A DNA stretch of 63,957 nucleotides, counting the filler, from Asterionella formosa (taxonomy: Eukaryota), in assembly GCA_002256025.1 (NCBI GenBank). It is 8 parts of 8 records of this genome, joined end to end, with 100 filler letters (N's around TTAATTAATTAA, not from the genome) between each part and the next. Parts side by side here need not be neighbours in the genome. Positions count along the whole stretch, not along the records: positions 1 to 8,057 come from NKIB01012328.1; positions 8,158 to 16,214 come from NKIB01012329.1; 6 more parts are not named here. One strand, 5' to 3'. This document shows, in pieces, positions 1 through 11,372 of the stretch; positions within the stretch are counted from its first letter, which is position 1, and each line of letters starts with the position of its first letter. A program made the position numbers and the translations under genes. Below the pieces are notes generated by a model. The model worked only from the letters and a program-made list of their open reading frames with translations. It made no database searches and was not told the origin of the DNA.

Positions 1-1329
1 ACCTTTCAAAGAACCAGATTGTATAACCTGATTCACTTCTTGCAATGCTGAAAGCTCAATACCTTCGTGTCTCAGTTTGGAATTTGCATTTTCCACCTGT
101 TGTGATGTCGTGTTCTTGATAGTGACAAATTGATAGGTAACTGCCTGCATGTCTTTGATTCCAGCAATTCCAATATCTGATTGTCGCACTCGTAAGGCCC
201 GTGTCAAAGACTGCACTGCAACCAAGTGTTCCCTTTGTCGTTTCCGCATGACACAGAGTATGTAACGATCCTTGAAATCTGACGATTTCGCTTTCTTGAT
301 GGCACTAAGTTTCGCATGTTTTGACCATTTTACCAATAGCGCTGACGTCTTTTCGCTACCTTCCTCGTTGTTGATTGGATAATCGTTGACAGTAGCAGTG
401 TCCAAACCTCGAAACCCCCTATTAAAGAAGTGGTGGATTGATCGTCGCTGCTCCTTGGAAAGATCAAGCTTTAAGGGAAGTAAAATTTCATCATTTTTCC
501 CATCATTCCAATTGTTAGTTCGTCGCCTCTTGTGAACTTTCACCATCCCTTCGAATGAAGTAGGGCACCCCCTGCTCCGGAACTCGTATAACGCTTGGAT
601 ACTTTCTCCTGGGTCTTTTAGAAATGGAATGAGACCGAAGAAAGTGTCGTCTATTAAAACGCGAATGGCGGGTTCGTCTTCGCACTTAGGCTTCTCCGGT
701 GGTACTGTTTGCGATTTCAGTAACGGGAATGCTAAAACCAGAGCTCTGTGAAAGCTCCCTCTGTCACCTCCCTTTTTCATTACTCCGAGACAAGAAGTCC
801 GACCCGAAACTGGAGGAATCAAAATCGTCAAGTGGCCTTCGGCATTTGTGTTTCCCTGTGCAACCTGAATTTTGATACTATCACTTAGAGTTTGAATAGA
901 CGCAAGTACGGTGTCTGCTTCAAAAGGACAGTGATGGTTGAGAATTCTCTTCAAAACATCAATTGGAGGAAGGACAGCTTCCAAGTCCTCTTCCTGCTCC
1001 TCCTGGGCAGCTAGGTGCAGTTCTGATTCTGCCACCTCGTGCAATGCATTATTATTTTCAGTGCACTGTGTATGATCGGCAGCTGTCCTGATTTCTGCGA
1101 TCCGGAGCTCTTCGATGATGCCCTTCCCCGCAGCTGCTTCGCTTGCAATTTCGCGCACAATAAAGTCTTCTGGACTTGCTTTAATAATCCCCAAGATCTC
1201 CGGAGTAATAAAGGACCCTCCTAGTTTGATTCCGTTGCAATATGCCGATGGAAGTAAATGAGATGGAGGACATTGAAGAAAAACTTCGCCTATCCCTATT
1301 GTTGAAAGGTGTCGACGAACAACGCTCAT
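1..1329 (-). CDS. PUS7: TruD/Pus7-family pseudouridine synthase, 5' part only (runs off the window/contig start)
   Basis: Manual translation gives an open frame of 443 codons from ATG 1329 to position 1 (no stop, so absent from the ORF track). It contains GIIKASPEDFIVREI (TruD N-terminal motif) and IGIAGIKDMQAVTYQFVT (catalytic Asp motif, cf. AGxKDxxAVTxQ), and ends ...QSGSLKG where G-L-x-G-N-x-F is expected. Confidence 0.9.
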   Translation of the reverse strand, partial: MSVVRRHLSTIGIGEVFLQCPPSHLLPSAYCNGIKLGGSFITPEILGIIKASPEDFIVREIASEAAAGKGIIEELRIAEIRTAADHTQCTENNNALHEVAESELHLAAQEEQEEDLEAVLPPIDVLKRILNHHCPFEADTVLASIQTLSDSIKIQVAQGNTNAEGHLTILIPPVSGRTSCLGVMKKGGDRGSFHRALVLAFPLLKSQTVPPEKPKCEDEPAIRVLIDDTFFGLIPFLKDPGESIQALYEFRSRGCPTSFEGMVKVHKRRRTNNWNDGKNDEILLPLKLDLSKEQRRSIHHFFNRGFRGLDTATVNDYPINNEEGSEKTSALLVKWSKHAKLSAIKKAKSSDFKDRYILCVMRKRQREHLVAVQSLTRALRVRQSDIGIAGIKDMQAVTYQFVTIKNTTSQQVENANSKLRHEGIELSALQEVNQVIQSGSLKG

Positions 1330-1639
1330 AATGTAGTACTGATGCTGATGACTTGATCGGCCTCTTGACTAATACTCATATATTTATAAATTGGGGCTTG
1401 TCATGGATTGTCTGGTTCATACTCGTCGCATTGGAGCGTCATTAACAACGTTCATGTATGATTTCGTTTGTACGAATGATGTGTGTTCATTTTCTGGCTG
1501 GTGGGTGATGCATGTTCCCAATATATTATGGTACGTGGTACCTGGTATTTCGTAGCTCTGCTCGTGATGCCATCATTGCTAAAGATACCGGTATAGCCAG
1601 CTCAACATAATGCGTGAACAATCACTTCTTGTGACATGG

Positions 1640-2130
1640 CTACTGGTATTACATCACTCTAGTGATTACATTTGGTTGCTTAACTTTGCTTCCATCCAGT
1701 CTAAACTGTTTTGTGACACACGAAGCACAATGGTACTAGTAGCATTAATAAGAATCCGGACCACAAGACAGATGAGTGCCAAGTATCAGTTGTTTTGCAG
1801 GTAATTTCTTTTGGTGATGACTTCCCCCCATGGCCATTGGATACCGGCAGACCTTTTGATTGAGTACATGAACCAGCATACCGGTAAAAAGGAATTCCAT
1901 TATGCACTCAACCATAATTGAACATTATGGTGCTGGATTTCTTGGAATCTATGACCCTCAACTGCAAGTTAAAAGTAATATCATGCTTTTCTGGCTGGCC
2001 TGCTGATATACAATGGTCCATTTTTCTGGATGGCTCCTGGTGAGCTAGATTCAGGCTGACATAATCCATAGTGGAGAAATAATAAAGTACCTCGAGCTTA
2101 TACGGAATTGATTGCTAGCTACTAGGCTGG
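1640..2130 (+). mobile_element. Highly decayed fragment of an IS630/Tc1-like DDE transposase family (same family as 21900-24369 and 56122-56950)
   Basis: 1935-2120 aligns by eye with 23615-23790 (GGAATCTATxACCCxCAACTGCAAGTT ... CTCCTGGTGAGC ... CGGAATTGATTGCT). Translation remnants include GYWYY and GIYDPQLQV. Confidence 0.5.
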
Positions 2131-4108
2131 GAATGAAATTCAATAGTAGCTCAAAACAATTCTCATTTATGCTTGGCACCATTGACTTCCTAAGCATGCT
2201 GCAAANNNNNNNNNNNNNNNNNNNNNNNNNNNNNNNNNNNNNNNNNNNNNNNNNNNNNNNNNNNNNNNNNNNNNNNNNNNNNNNNNNNNNNNNNNNNNNN
2301 NNNNNNNNNNNNNNNNNNNNNNNNNNNNNNNNNNNNNNNNNNNNNNNNNNNNNNNNNNNNNNNNNNNNNNNNNNNNNNNNNNNNNNNNNNNNNNNNNNNN
2401 ACCAAAAACCATACTATCATATTTTGGTATTCCATTTGGTCATGGACAACTAATAGTAGGGACAACCTAAAACTATTATCTGTACACGAATATGAATAGT
2501 ACCTTGTACTCCCTCCTTCCAAGCGAAGCAAGTGCCAGGGAGCTTATATTTAGGACGTATTATGTAGAAAAATACCAATTCTTGATGTGTGGATCAGCTT
2601 ACTCGAAAAAATGGGTTTTAATGAGTTTCATAGACTTGAACATAAACTCTGTTTCTGCTCCGAGAATAAATCAACAGAAATTAATTTAACATACATATAT
2701 TCATTGTGAACGTATACATGGCACCAAATGCCATTTTACATCAGGGGCTGGCAACCCAAATATTTGAAGGAAACCAAATAAAACATGTCACTATCATATA
2801 TGACTAGAATAGTAGACATTTCATATTTTTTATGGTTGTTTCATTTACATTGACCATTCTGCCAGATATTTAATGTTCAGTTCCTATCATCAAAACCCAT
2901 AAACATACTACCGTTGTTTTCTTCCCAATGTTGCCACTCTAAGGCAAATTGCAGGTTTTCTACTGTTATAAACTTCCTCATATGCTTTTTGAGACGAGAT
3001 GATGGTCGCAAGAAGAAGCGAAGGGTCCTCATGCATCTCAATTTTGCTTGAGATGACCAAAAACAATAATCGACAAAGCACGAAAACGTTTTTTTCAAAT
3101 GTAGTTGCCAATTCTAATCTTTCTACTCTATATATATTATATACTGTTTCTGGTAGATGGGTTTGTAGCTTTGAAGCTTAGAATAAGCCACACAATACTT
3201 GGGCAAGAAATGAGCTGCTGGAGAAAATCATAGGAGTCAAAATGTCCCAAGAGAAATTTGAATTATCGATGCAACTGTTATTTGACAAGCAAGGGGAGGA
3301 CCTGGTACCAGAAAGTTGAGGTGAAAGAAAGATACTTCGTACTATACAGGAAACAAAGCTAAATTCCTCTTTCGCCCCAACTTGCAGAGGTATACCGATA
3401 CTACATAGGCATCCGCGCAAGGCTTGACATAAAGCGAGGATGCCCACCTTCTTCACATGATTTACATATCAAAAATTTGTGCATGTCCTTACATCAGCAT
3501 GCTTCGCTCCATAATTAGTCAAGTTCGTTTGTCGCAGCGTGCGTGTGGCACAAGTCACGTGGTACGTAGATTTATGTAAAGTAAGATCTGAAATCTACTA
3601 GGTCTACCGGTATATATCTTATAGCACATACAGTGCTGAACAATCAGGTATTTACCGTTTACCTCCCTCGGACCAGTATTTATGCGTGTCTGCGATGTTT
3701 CTTACCTTCAATATGTATGATATCAGCCAGTTCCTCTAAATTGCACTACCGGTACAATATGCAGTATATCAATACCGGGATATATTCTATACAGTATCCC
3801 AAATTGCATTATAACTCCAACCGTACCAGGTACCACTGGTACCAGGGGTACTAACTACCGGTATGTAGGTTTACATTTGCAATTTACCGACGAGATGCTT
3901 GGCTTTGTAGTCTTCTAACTTCGATTATTTTCTATGTAACGGTAATGCATGCGTGGTTTATAAAAAAGTTTCAATTTGTTTGTATGATGTCCTTGCATGC
4001 ATGATTTATGTTCATAGTTGTTACTGTATCAGATCCTCTCCTTCAATAAAATAAGCCTGATAGGCGATCGCTCTACTTGACGCCCCACATAGAAGAGTAC
4101 TCGGAAAT

Positions 4109-7087
4109 ATGAAGTCATCAACGAAAGCATATGCTTCATCAGAGCATACAAGAACCAGCAGTGACGAGGCTCCTCAAGATATGTACAAAGTCTTGGTGTC
4201 GATTCGCTTCATTGCCGTGTCCATGAGCTGTTCCATTTTGCTTGCCTTTGCTGTTGGTCGCGCTGCTCGCATATTTTTATTGGAAGGGCCTAGGAAAGCA
4301 ATGTCCGCTCCCCGCGGCGAGTCTTCCATCTTCAACCGCCCGGATTTCCATGAAGACTACGAAACCCGCCACGCCAAGACTTTGCCGCCACCTAGAGTCC
4401 AGCCCGGGAGACAAGTCCCGCATACTATTTACACAGCAAAGAACTTTGACACCGCTCGAAGTGCCACTAGCTCTTCCCTTTTGGTTCGTGGCAGCGAGAA
4501 TGACGACGCAAACAATGATGAGGTATGTGACGGGTCAGCACCTGTCGCGAACGAGGCAGATGACGGCGAACATTTGCCAGCTGGGCAGCACTTATTGGTC
4601 GACATTGAAGGTGTGGATGGCTCTTTCCTGAATTCAGAAGAAAGATTAGCATTTGCCATGGTGGAGGTTGTCAACCAGGCAGAGTTGACTCTGCTGTCGT
4701 ATCATTGTCACAGTATGATACCTACTGGCGTCAGCTGCGTTGGAGTCTTGCTCGAGTCGCATGTGTCCTTTCATACCTGGCCTGGTCAAGGAGTGATTAC
4801 GCTTGATCTCTTCACATGTGGACCAAATACATTGTTGCCAGTTGTTCCCATTATCGAACGCTTATTTGGGGTCCCTCGTCCTGGTGCGGACCACCCTCCT
4901 CACACGATTTGGGCACACAAGCTTCGTGGCTTCCGTCCTGATGGTCACAACAGTCCACTCCAGAAATACGACCTTGGTACCAGCGTCTTGGGAGTTATGA
5001 CAACTGATTACAAGCAAGAGGTACGTATACCGTTTGACTTTATATGTTGTTGGCGTTTTATCGCAGCAAATACTAATACCAATGTCGTCCTTTTTGCGGG
5101 ACAATCTAGATTGCTTCCGTTAAAACAAAGTTTCAACGAGTTGATATTTACGACGTCATTTACACTCGATTCAACAACCTGAAGAGATACAAAAAGTCCA
5201 TGTCAAACGATGGTTCCTATGAGTCTCGAAACTCTGAACTCTTTATGCCCGACAGAATGCTGATGCTGGATGGGGTCCTTCAGTCGAGATCCAAAGGAGA
5301 AGAGGCCTACCACGAGGCACTTGTGCACCCTGTCATGTTTTCTCATGATAATCCCAAGCGAGTTGCCATCATAGGTGGAGGAGAGGGTGCAACTCTTCGT
5401 GAAGTCTTAAAACACAATACTGTTGAGACTGCGATAATGGTGGAGATTGATGAGATTATGGTTCAAGTTTCCAAGCAGTATCTTCCTACATGGAGTGATT
5501 GTAGCGATATTGTGGGTAGTACCACATCTTGCTTTGAAGATCCGCGTGCCGATGTCTACTATGAAGACGCCATAGGCTGGTTCCTTCATAGATACGGCAA
5601 CGACGGTGAAAAGGCGGAACCACTCGATGTAATTATTATGGATGCATTGTACGTTTGCCTCGTTTTATTATTTCCGATCTATGATGGTGATCTAACGCTG
5701 TCATTACTGTTATCAGAGATCCACAGGATGAAATTGAATTTGCAGACGCCTTGTATACCTATGACAATTTTGTTGGTACGCTTCACACTGCCCTGGCTGA
5801 TGACGGTGTCTTGGTAATTCAAGTCGGTTCAGCCCCTGGGTTGAACGATCCAGTCGAAAGTCTCACAAGCCATAAGAATAGAGACATCATGATTGGTCAC
5901 TTGGAAAAGCTTGGCTTTGAAAGTATTCATATTTACGACGAGTCACACGCTGGTTTCTTTAGTGTTTGGAACTTCGTTGTCGCTACAAAAAAGCGCAGTG
6001 CTCGAAAGCTGTGGTACCGGAACGAGGCTGAAATTGAATTGGCAATCAGAAATAGAATGCTAAGGACAAAATCAGGGCGATCCTCCCTTCGTCATTTCGA
6101 CGGGTCCACCATGCTTACTTATCAAAGGCCGTCGAAACGTACGGAGGCTTTATTCTGCCGAAGGGAACCAATTCCTATAGAGTGCACGCTCGAGTCGATG
6201 GGATTTGGTTNNNNNNNNNNNNNNNNNNNNNNNNNNNNNNNNNNNNNNNNNNNNNNNNNNNNNNNNNNNNNNNNNNNNNNNNNNNNNNNNNNNNNNNNNN
6301 NNNNNNNNNNNNNNNNNNNNNNNNNNNNNNNNNNNNNNNNNNNNNNNNNNNNNNNNNNNNNNNNNNNNNNNNNNNNNNNNNNNNNNNNNNNNNNNNNNNN
6401 NNNNNNNNNNNNNNNNNNNNNNNNNNNNNNNNNNNNNNNNNNNNNNNNNNNNNNNNNNNNNNNNNNNNNNNNNNNNNNNNNNNNNNNNNNNNNNNNNNNN
6501 NNNNNNNNNNNNNNNNNNNNNNNNNNNNNNNNNNNNNNNNNNNNNNNNNNNNNNNNNNNNNNNNNNNNNNNNNNNNNNNNNNNNNNNNNNNNNNNNNNNN
6601 NNNNNNNNNNNNNNNNNNNNNNNNNNNNNNNNNNNNNNNNNNNNNNATATAGCGGGATGTCGTATCCTTACCATTACACTTCTAATTTTCATAGGGTGAA
6701 CATGAAGTGGTTGTGGATAGTTCTATAATGACTTTTGTCAATCATGGTTGCAACGGTACCAACAATGTTGGCTTAGTCAGTGAAATAACTGAACTTACTG
6801 CTGATTTGAATTTCATGCCGGAGGAATTTGTGGCAAAGGGTCATTCCACTCTGTATAATCCTGCTGCTGATAGGCATTTGCCGCATTACATTGCAGGCGC
6901 AGAAATTTCCTTTAGGCCTATACGAGCTGGCGACGAGATTCTTGATAACTACTTGGCTTTTATTGCAGTGCCAAGTTTCTGGATGGACGACGTGGAGGAC
7001 CTTCGCTCGCAATGCAGCAGATTGGATTATCTCGACACGAACAGTGATGTTAGGAAATTTGAGGATTGGTACAAGAAAAGGATTTAA
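4109..7087 (+). CDS. Membrane-anchored fusion: class 1B (bacterial-type) S-adenosylmethionine decarboxylase + aminopropyltransferase + C-terminal SET-like domain; candidate diatom long-chain polyamine synthase/N-methyltransferase. Exons 4109-5020, 5110-5648, 5717->6210, (gap 6211-6646), 6695-7087
   Basis: Hydrophobic segment near aa 28-58. AdoMetDC motifs GQHLLVD and GVSCVGVLLE|SHVSFHTWP..LDLFTCG. Aminopropyltransferase motifs LDGVLQS, YHEALVH, IIGGGEG, VEID and DVIIMDALDP. SET-like FVNHGCNG and IRAGDEILDNY. GT-AG introns 5021-5109 and 5649-5716 join the frames exactly; a further acceptor (ttttcatag) ends at 6694. Confidence 0.9.
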
Positions 7088-7221
7088 GTCAAAATGGAAT
7101 TGTTATACAATTCAATAACTAAATCACAGCTTATTTATCTTTGAGAAGTTCAACTGAGCCACTTCCAAGATTTTTTGTGGAAGTTCAATATCTGTTTCAA
7201 GAAAACGGGACAGGGGTTGCT

Positions 7222-7841
7222 TTATCGTAGATCGCGTTCAAACTGGTGAACTCGTCGTGGCATCCATTTCTTCGAGTGGAAAGGGCTCTTTCCGACCTCC
7301 CACCCTGGTACATCTTTCATAATTTCTGCTTCCTTCGCATCACTGATGCGCTCGCGATAGGCATATTCTCTGTCAGCTTCGGCCTGGAGGAAAGGTACAA
7401 TATTATAACGTGATTCGCGTTCTGCCAGTTTGATCTTCGCTGTTTCTTGATTAGTGTATCCAACCATGTTGAATCCATAAACTGTGACGACTGCCCATCC
7501 CAACCAAATCTGCCAGCTCTGGGGTCCTCGAGACCGGAAAAATCGTGCATAGTCGACCTGTCAAGACATGAGAAGAGGCGATGGAGTTGTTAGCGTTCTA
7601 AAATGGTTTCCTTCGGATTACGCCTAAAACAGTACCACAGGCGACGAGCATACCGGTATACATAATAATCATGCATCATCATGCATGCATGCAAAGTGAG
7701 AGATGCCTTGTTATTTGGGCTCGCTTCTGCCATTCTGAGTTCGTGCTAATCGTCCATCCTCTGAAAACTCACCTTTGCAAACCCACCAGGAGGGGGCATG
7801 TCCTGGATAGGCGGAAGGCTGGTGTTTGGTCGAATACTCAT
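7222..7841 (-). CDS. NDUFA13: NADH:ubiquinone oxidoreductase subunit B16.6/GRIM-19; exons 7841-7773 and 7557-7222
   Basis: IQDMPPPGGFAK|VDYARFFRSRGP ... SRYNIVPFLQAEADR ... IMKDVPGWEVGKS are hallmark NDUFA13 motifs. The GT-AG intron 7772-7558 keeps the frame. Confidence 0.93.
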
Positions 7842-8057
7842 GATGAAAGCAGAGATGGTTTGGCCGCAAACGAAAAGTGTTGCTTTCCCGTTGTGATCAA
7901 TAACTACCGGTGATGATATTATACCGTATTCCTGGCTAGAAAAGAGCGAGACCTCGCGTTGCATTGAAATCGTACGAAAGGAGTACCAGGTAGTATGTAC
8001 CTGGTACCTGGTGCAGGAAAGTCATGCACGGGTAATATTCATAAATATGTATGCACA

Positions 8058-8157
8058 NNNNNNNNNNNNNNNNNNNNNNNNNNNNNNNNNNNNNNNNNNN
8101 NTTAATTAATTAANNNNNNNNNNNNNNNNNNNNNNNNNNNNNNNNNNNNNNNNNNNN
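8058..8157. other. Artificial contig-join spacer (N44-TTAATTAATTAA-N44); also at 16215-16314, 24370-24469, 32522-32621, 40667-40766, 48812-48911, 56951-57050
   Basis: Seven identical 100-nt gaps, each with a central linker carrying stop codons in all six frames. Confidence 0.97.
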
Positions 8158-8517
8158 ACCGGTAGGTACTCATCACCTAACCTTCGTCCGCCACTGTCAA
8201 AACCACCACCAATCATTCTTCGTGCTGCGCTGCGTCCTTTTTCTTGATGTTGTAGGATGTTAACCGCATGTACATTTCTCTTCTAAAAGTATATGATTCT
8301 ATCGGCATATGCATATATACATATTACATTATTATTCAATTATACGAAAGGACTCAAATTACCTGGTAAGCTCATAATGTTTCTACATAAGCATGCGCAT
8401 ATGCATTGAATTTTATTTATCTTATCTTTCGATCTTTCGCTCGTTTTCCTTCTCCTTACAGGATGCTTGTTGTTACACAGGACATAATCAGTAGAAAGTT
8501 GCTACTTTGCGTTCACC

Positions 8518-10773
8518 ATGTCAGACGACCGCGATCAAGAGGGCGATCGACAACAGGGAGACTACAATCGTCCCCGTCGACCCAATCCTGATACAATATC
8601 TTATTTACGATCGCTTCCTCTCGACTTGAAATTCGCCGAGGAAGAAGTCACAACCTTTTTGGCGGAAACCACGGAACAAGAGACCGATTTCCCTCAAAGC
8701 TTAGCAGCTGCGTTGTCAGCTATCGATGAAATAAGGAACGAGATCGCATCGTTAGCAGGTGATGAGTTTGGGTCACAGTGTTTGGAACTCATGGCGACCA
8801 TTGCGTTGCCATACTCTGAGTTCGCTGCCAGAACAATGTTGTGTGGATTGAAAGGGTATCATCTTCATTTAGCTACCCATCGATATGGGTCTCATGTCGT
8901 GCAGAGTATCCTACAACTGTCTATGGTGGCCAAAACCAAGAAAGATTTGGCCGTTCATGCGGATGGGCCACAGTTGACCAATGAAGATTTGCCAACATTG
9001 ACTGAGTTGATTCAAGGCATGGTGGACGAACTAGCACCTCATGCAAACCAACTTGCAGTCCATGTATGTGGTTCTCACGTTATGAGATCACTAATTTGCC
9101 TTCTTGGAGGAGTAGATTTGAACCAAGGTCCCGTCGTATCCGAGAATAAACTTGAAAGTGCCGCTCTGCGACAAGGCAAGAACAAATCCAAGAAGAAAAA
9201 GAAGAAGCAACCCGAAGGTACACAAAGCAACGGACAGGCCCACGCTGGAATGATGCTAATGAGCTTCAAGACCAGCTCTAGGATTGAACCTTCTTCACTT
9301 TCGGATTCCCTTATTCAGTTATCAGGGGCTCTTTGGGGTTATTCTGGATCGTCGGGGGAATTACAGCAGATGGCCTGTCATCCCAGTGCGAGCCCGCTGT
9401 TAATTGTGTCCTTGCGGGTCCTGGCATATGCTTTTGTTTCCTCAAAGGAAGATTGGTTAAGGAAGGAGAGAGACCAGAGCAAATTTTTATCTGACTTTCG
9501 TCTTGGAATCCACAAACCTGAACCAATTTATGACCTTGATTCTCCAGCTGGTACTCTTGCATGTTCAATTCTTTGTCTTAATCTACAGGAAACAGACAAA
9601 AAGCAAGTTGGAGATGTTGTATATGGACTATCAGGAGAGCCTCGAGGATCTCATGTACTGGAAACCCTCTTTCGTATCAGCCCAGATGCAATTTACGAGA
9701 AAATATTGGAATGCGGTGGCTTTGTTGCTTCCATGAAAGAGTATTCCGAGCACGATGTTAGTAACTTCGTCATTCAGGCCTTGCTAGCAACCGTACGCAC
9801 TAAGGAACAAGCTGAAAGTTTGCTGAAGAGCATCGAGAACATTATGATTAATGGATACATTGTCGACAAACATAACAGACGAAGAGGCATTCTTTGGCGT
9901 GCAGCCGAATTGGCTGCAAAGTTTAGAGTGGGCCAAGAAATCCTTCTGAAGTCACTACGAATAGGAATGGGCATCGCAATAGGCAAGGGCAAGGAGGAAG
10001 AAAACCATGACATGATTGATGAAGGAGGAGGCAATAGAAAGAAGAGGCATCATACCTTTTCAATTCCCCTCAAGGAATGCATTCCTCCCTTGATTGACCT
10101 AAAGGCGCCAGAGCGAGAGGGAGGCAGAGTTACCATAGACGTTGCTGGCGCGCGGGCAGTGTACCATCTTTTGAGATTTTCTCCACATCTGTGCGATGAG
10201 GTTCTTGATGGCATTGTTAAGAGCATGACCCAAGACGACCTGGAGCTCATTATCAAAGACGGCCTTGGGAGTCGATGCATTATTGACGGGATTTTGGATG
10301 GTCCTATGAATGAACTCTTATTCGCAAAGGCTGCGAAACATCTGATGCAAAAACTTAAGGGACGATGGGTGGGTTTGGCCACTGAGCGAGTTGGCCACCA
10401 TACAGTTAAAAAGCTTTTCAATTCACTTCCTAGTATTGACGACAAAGCAGAGTTGGCAGCTGAACTTTCAAGGGGAAACAATCGACTTGGAGGCAACGCG
10501 ATGGGACGAAGCGTGATGGAAGCTTGCGCGATTGAACACTTTTTGGAAGGGGAACAGCCATGGAAAGACGCACTCAAAAAGTTGCAAGAGAAGGAAAGGA
10601 TTTGGAATGAAATAATAGAGGGCGACATCGAGAGTGGGGGAAAGAAGAAACGTTCACGAAAGCGAAAGAAGGAAGGGCCAGAAAATGGAGGAGGCTTTGA
10701 CGCGCCAACGAAGCCCATCAAATATGACTGCGCTGGCATCATGGCTACCATCGCAACAACTTCTGCTTTGTAG
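8518..10773 (+). CDS. NOP9: Nucleolar protein 9 (Pumilio/PUF-repeat 18S rRNA processing factor)
   Basis: Intronless 751-aa ORF with PUF-like repeats (ATHRYGSHVVQ, HVCGSHVMRSL, EPRGSHVLETL, HDVSNFVIQAL, DGLGSRCI, ERVGHHTV) and Lys-rich NLS-like stretches. Confidence 0.85.
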   Translation: MSDDRDQEGDRQQGDYNRPRRPNPDTISYLRSLPLDLKFAEEEVTTFLAETTEQETDFPQSLAAALSAIDEIRNEIASLAGDEFGSQCLELMATIALPYSEFAARTMLCGLKGYHLHLATHRYGSHVVQSILQLSMVAKTKKDLAVHADGPQLTNEDLPTLTELIQGMVDELAPHANQLAVHVCGSHVMRSLICLLGGVDLNQGPVVSENKLESAALRQGKNKSKKKKKKQPEGTQSNGQAHAGMMLMSFKTSSRIEPSSLSDSLIQLSGALWGYSGSSGELQQMACHPSASPLLIVSLRVLAYAFVSSKEDWLRKERDQSKFLSDFRLGIHKPEPIYDLDSPAGTLACSILCLNLQETDKKQVGDVVYGLSGEPRGSHVLETLFRISPDAIYEKILECGGFVASMKEYSEHDVSNFVIQALLATVRTKEQAESLLKSIENIMINGYIVDKHNRRRGILWRAAELAAKFRVGQEILLKSLRIGMGIAIGKGKEEENHDMIDEGGGNRKKRHHTFSIPLKECIPPLIDLKAPEREGGRVTIDVAGARAVYHLLRFSPHLCDEVLDGIVKSMTQDDLELIIKDGLGSRCIIDGILDGPMNELLFAKAAKHLMQKLKGRWVGLATERVGHHTVKKLFNSLPSIDDKAELAAELSRGNNRLGGNAMGRSVMEACAIEHFLEGEQPWKDALKKLQEKERIWNEIIEGDIESGGKKKRSRKRKKEGPENGGGFDAPTKPIKYDCAGIMATIATTSAL

Positions 10774-11372
10774 CCACACTACCCTGATAGTAGGAAAACG
10801 TACAGGCATGCACATTTCCTGTTGAATTTCTTTGTTCATTGCTATATGCAGGCAAACATTCGGATGTCATATGGCCATGATTTCATAGAGATATCTACCA
10901 ACCATAATCAGTTGTACCAAGGAGATTGGTTAACAAGTGATGAGCTCGGAGGTCAGATTTCTATGACTGGTTCCTGATGTTCTTGTGTTTATCTGGACAG
11001 TTAACAGAAGTTGTTGCTCTTCCTGTTCTGATTCTCTCATTATAATACGCTAGCCTATTACCTATTTTATGCATGGTGACATCAGTTTATTAGGAATGCT
11101 AAGTTTGTGTCGTTACAGTAGAAGCAATACATATATACATAAATACGTGGCTAATATCTCATTTGGTATAAACATAAAAAACATGAAAGTGACAATGTAC
11201 GTAGGTTGTTGGACTGCAATCCCAGTCGCGACAAAGGGGGCGAAACAAAAACATTTGCTCTCATTCATTGAGTCAATCGCGCTCATTCATATGGATTCCA
11301 CTCATGTCTACGTATAACCACACACATGATATTACAATATATTTCTTAGGTACCAGGTACCGTTATCATATT

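Noticed and set aside
2112..2531. ORF-track entries running through N gaps (also 6150-6699 and 11844-12441)
   Set aside because: They are open only because Ns contain no stops.
8102..8113. Regularly spaced TTAATTAATTAA palindromes every ~8.15 kb as a biological periodic motif
   Set aside because: Each is centred in a 100-nt N gap; it is an assembly linker.
10050..10751. 233-aa antisense ORF within NOP9 (and similar antisense ORFs in other genes)
   Set aside because: It is a shadow of the sense-strand codon pattern with no recognisable motifs.
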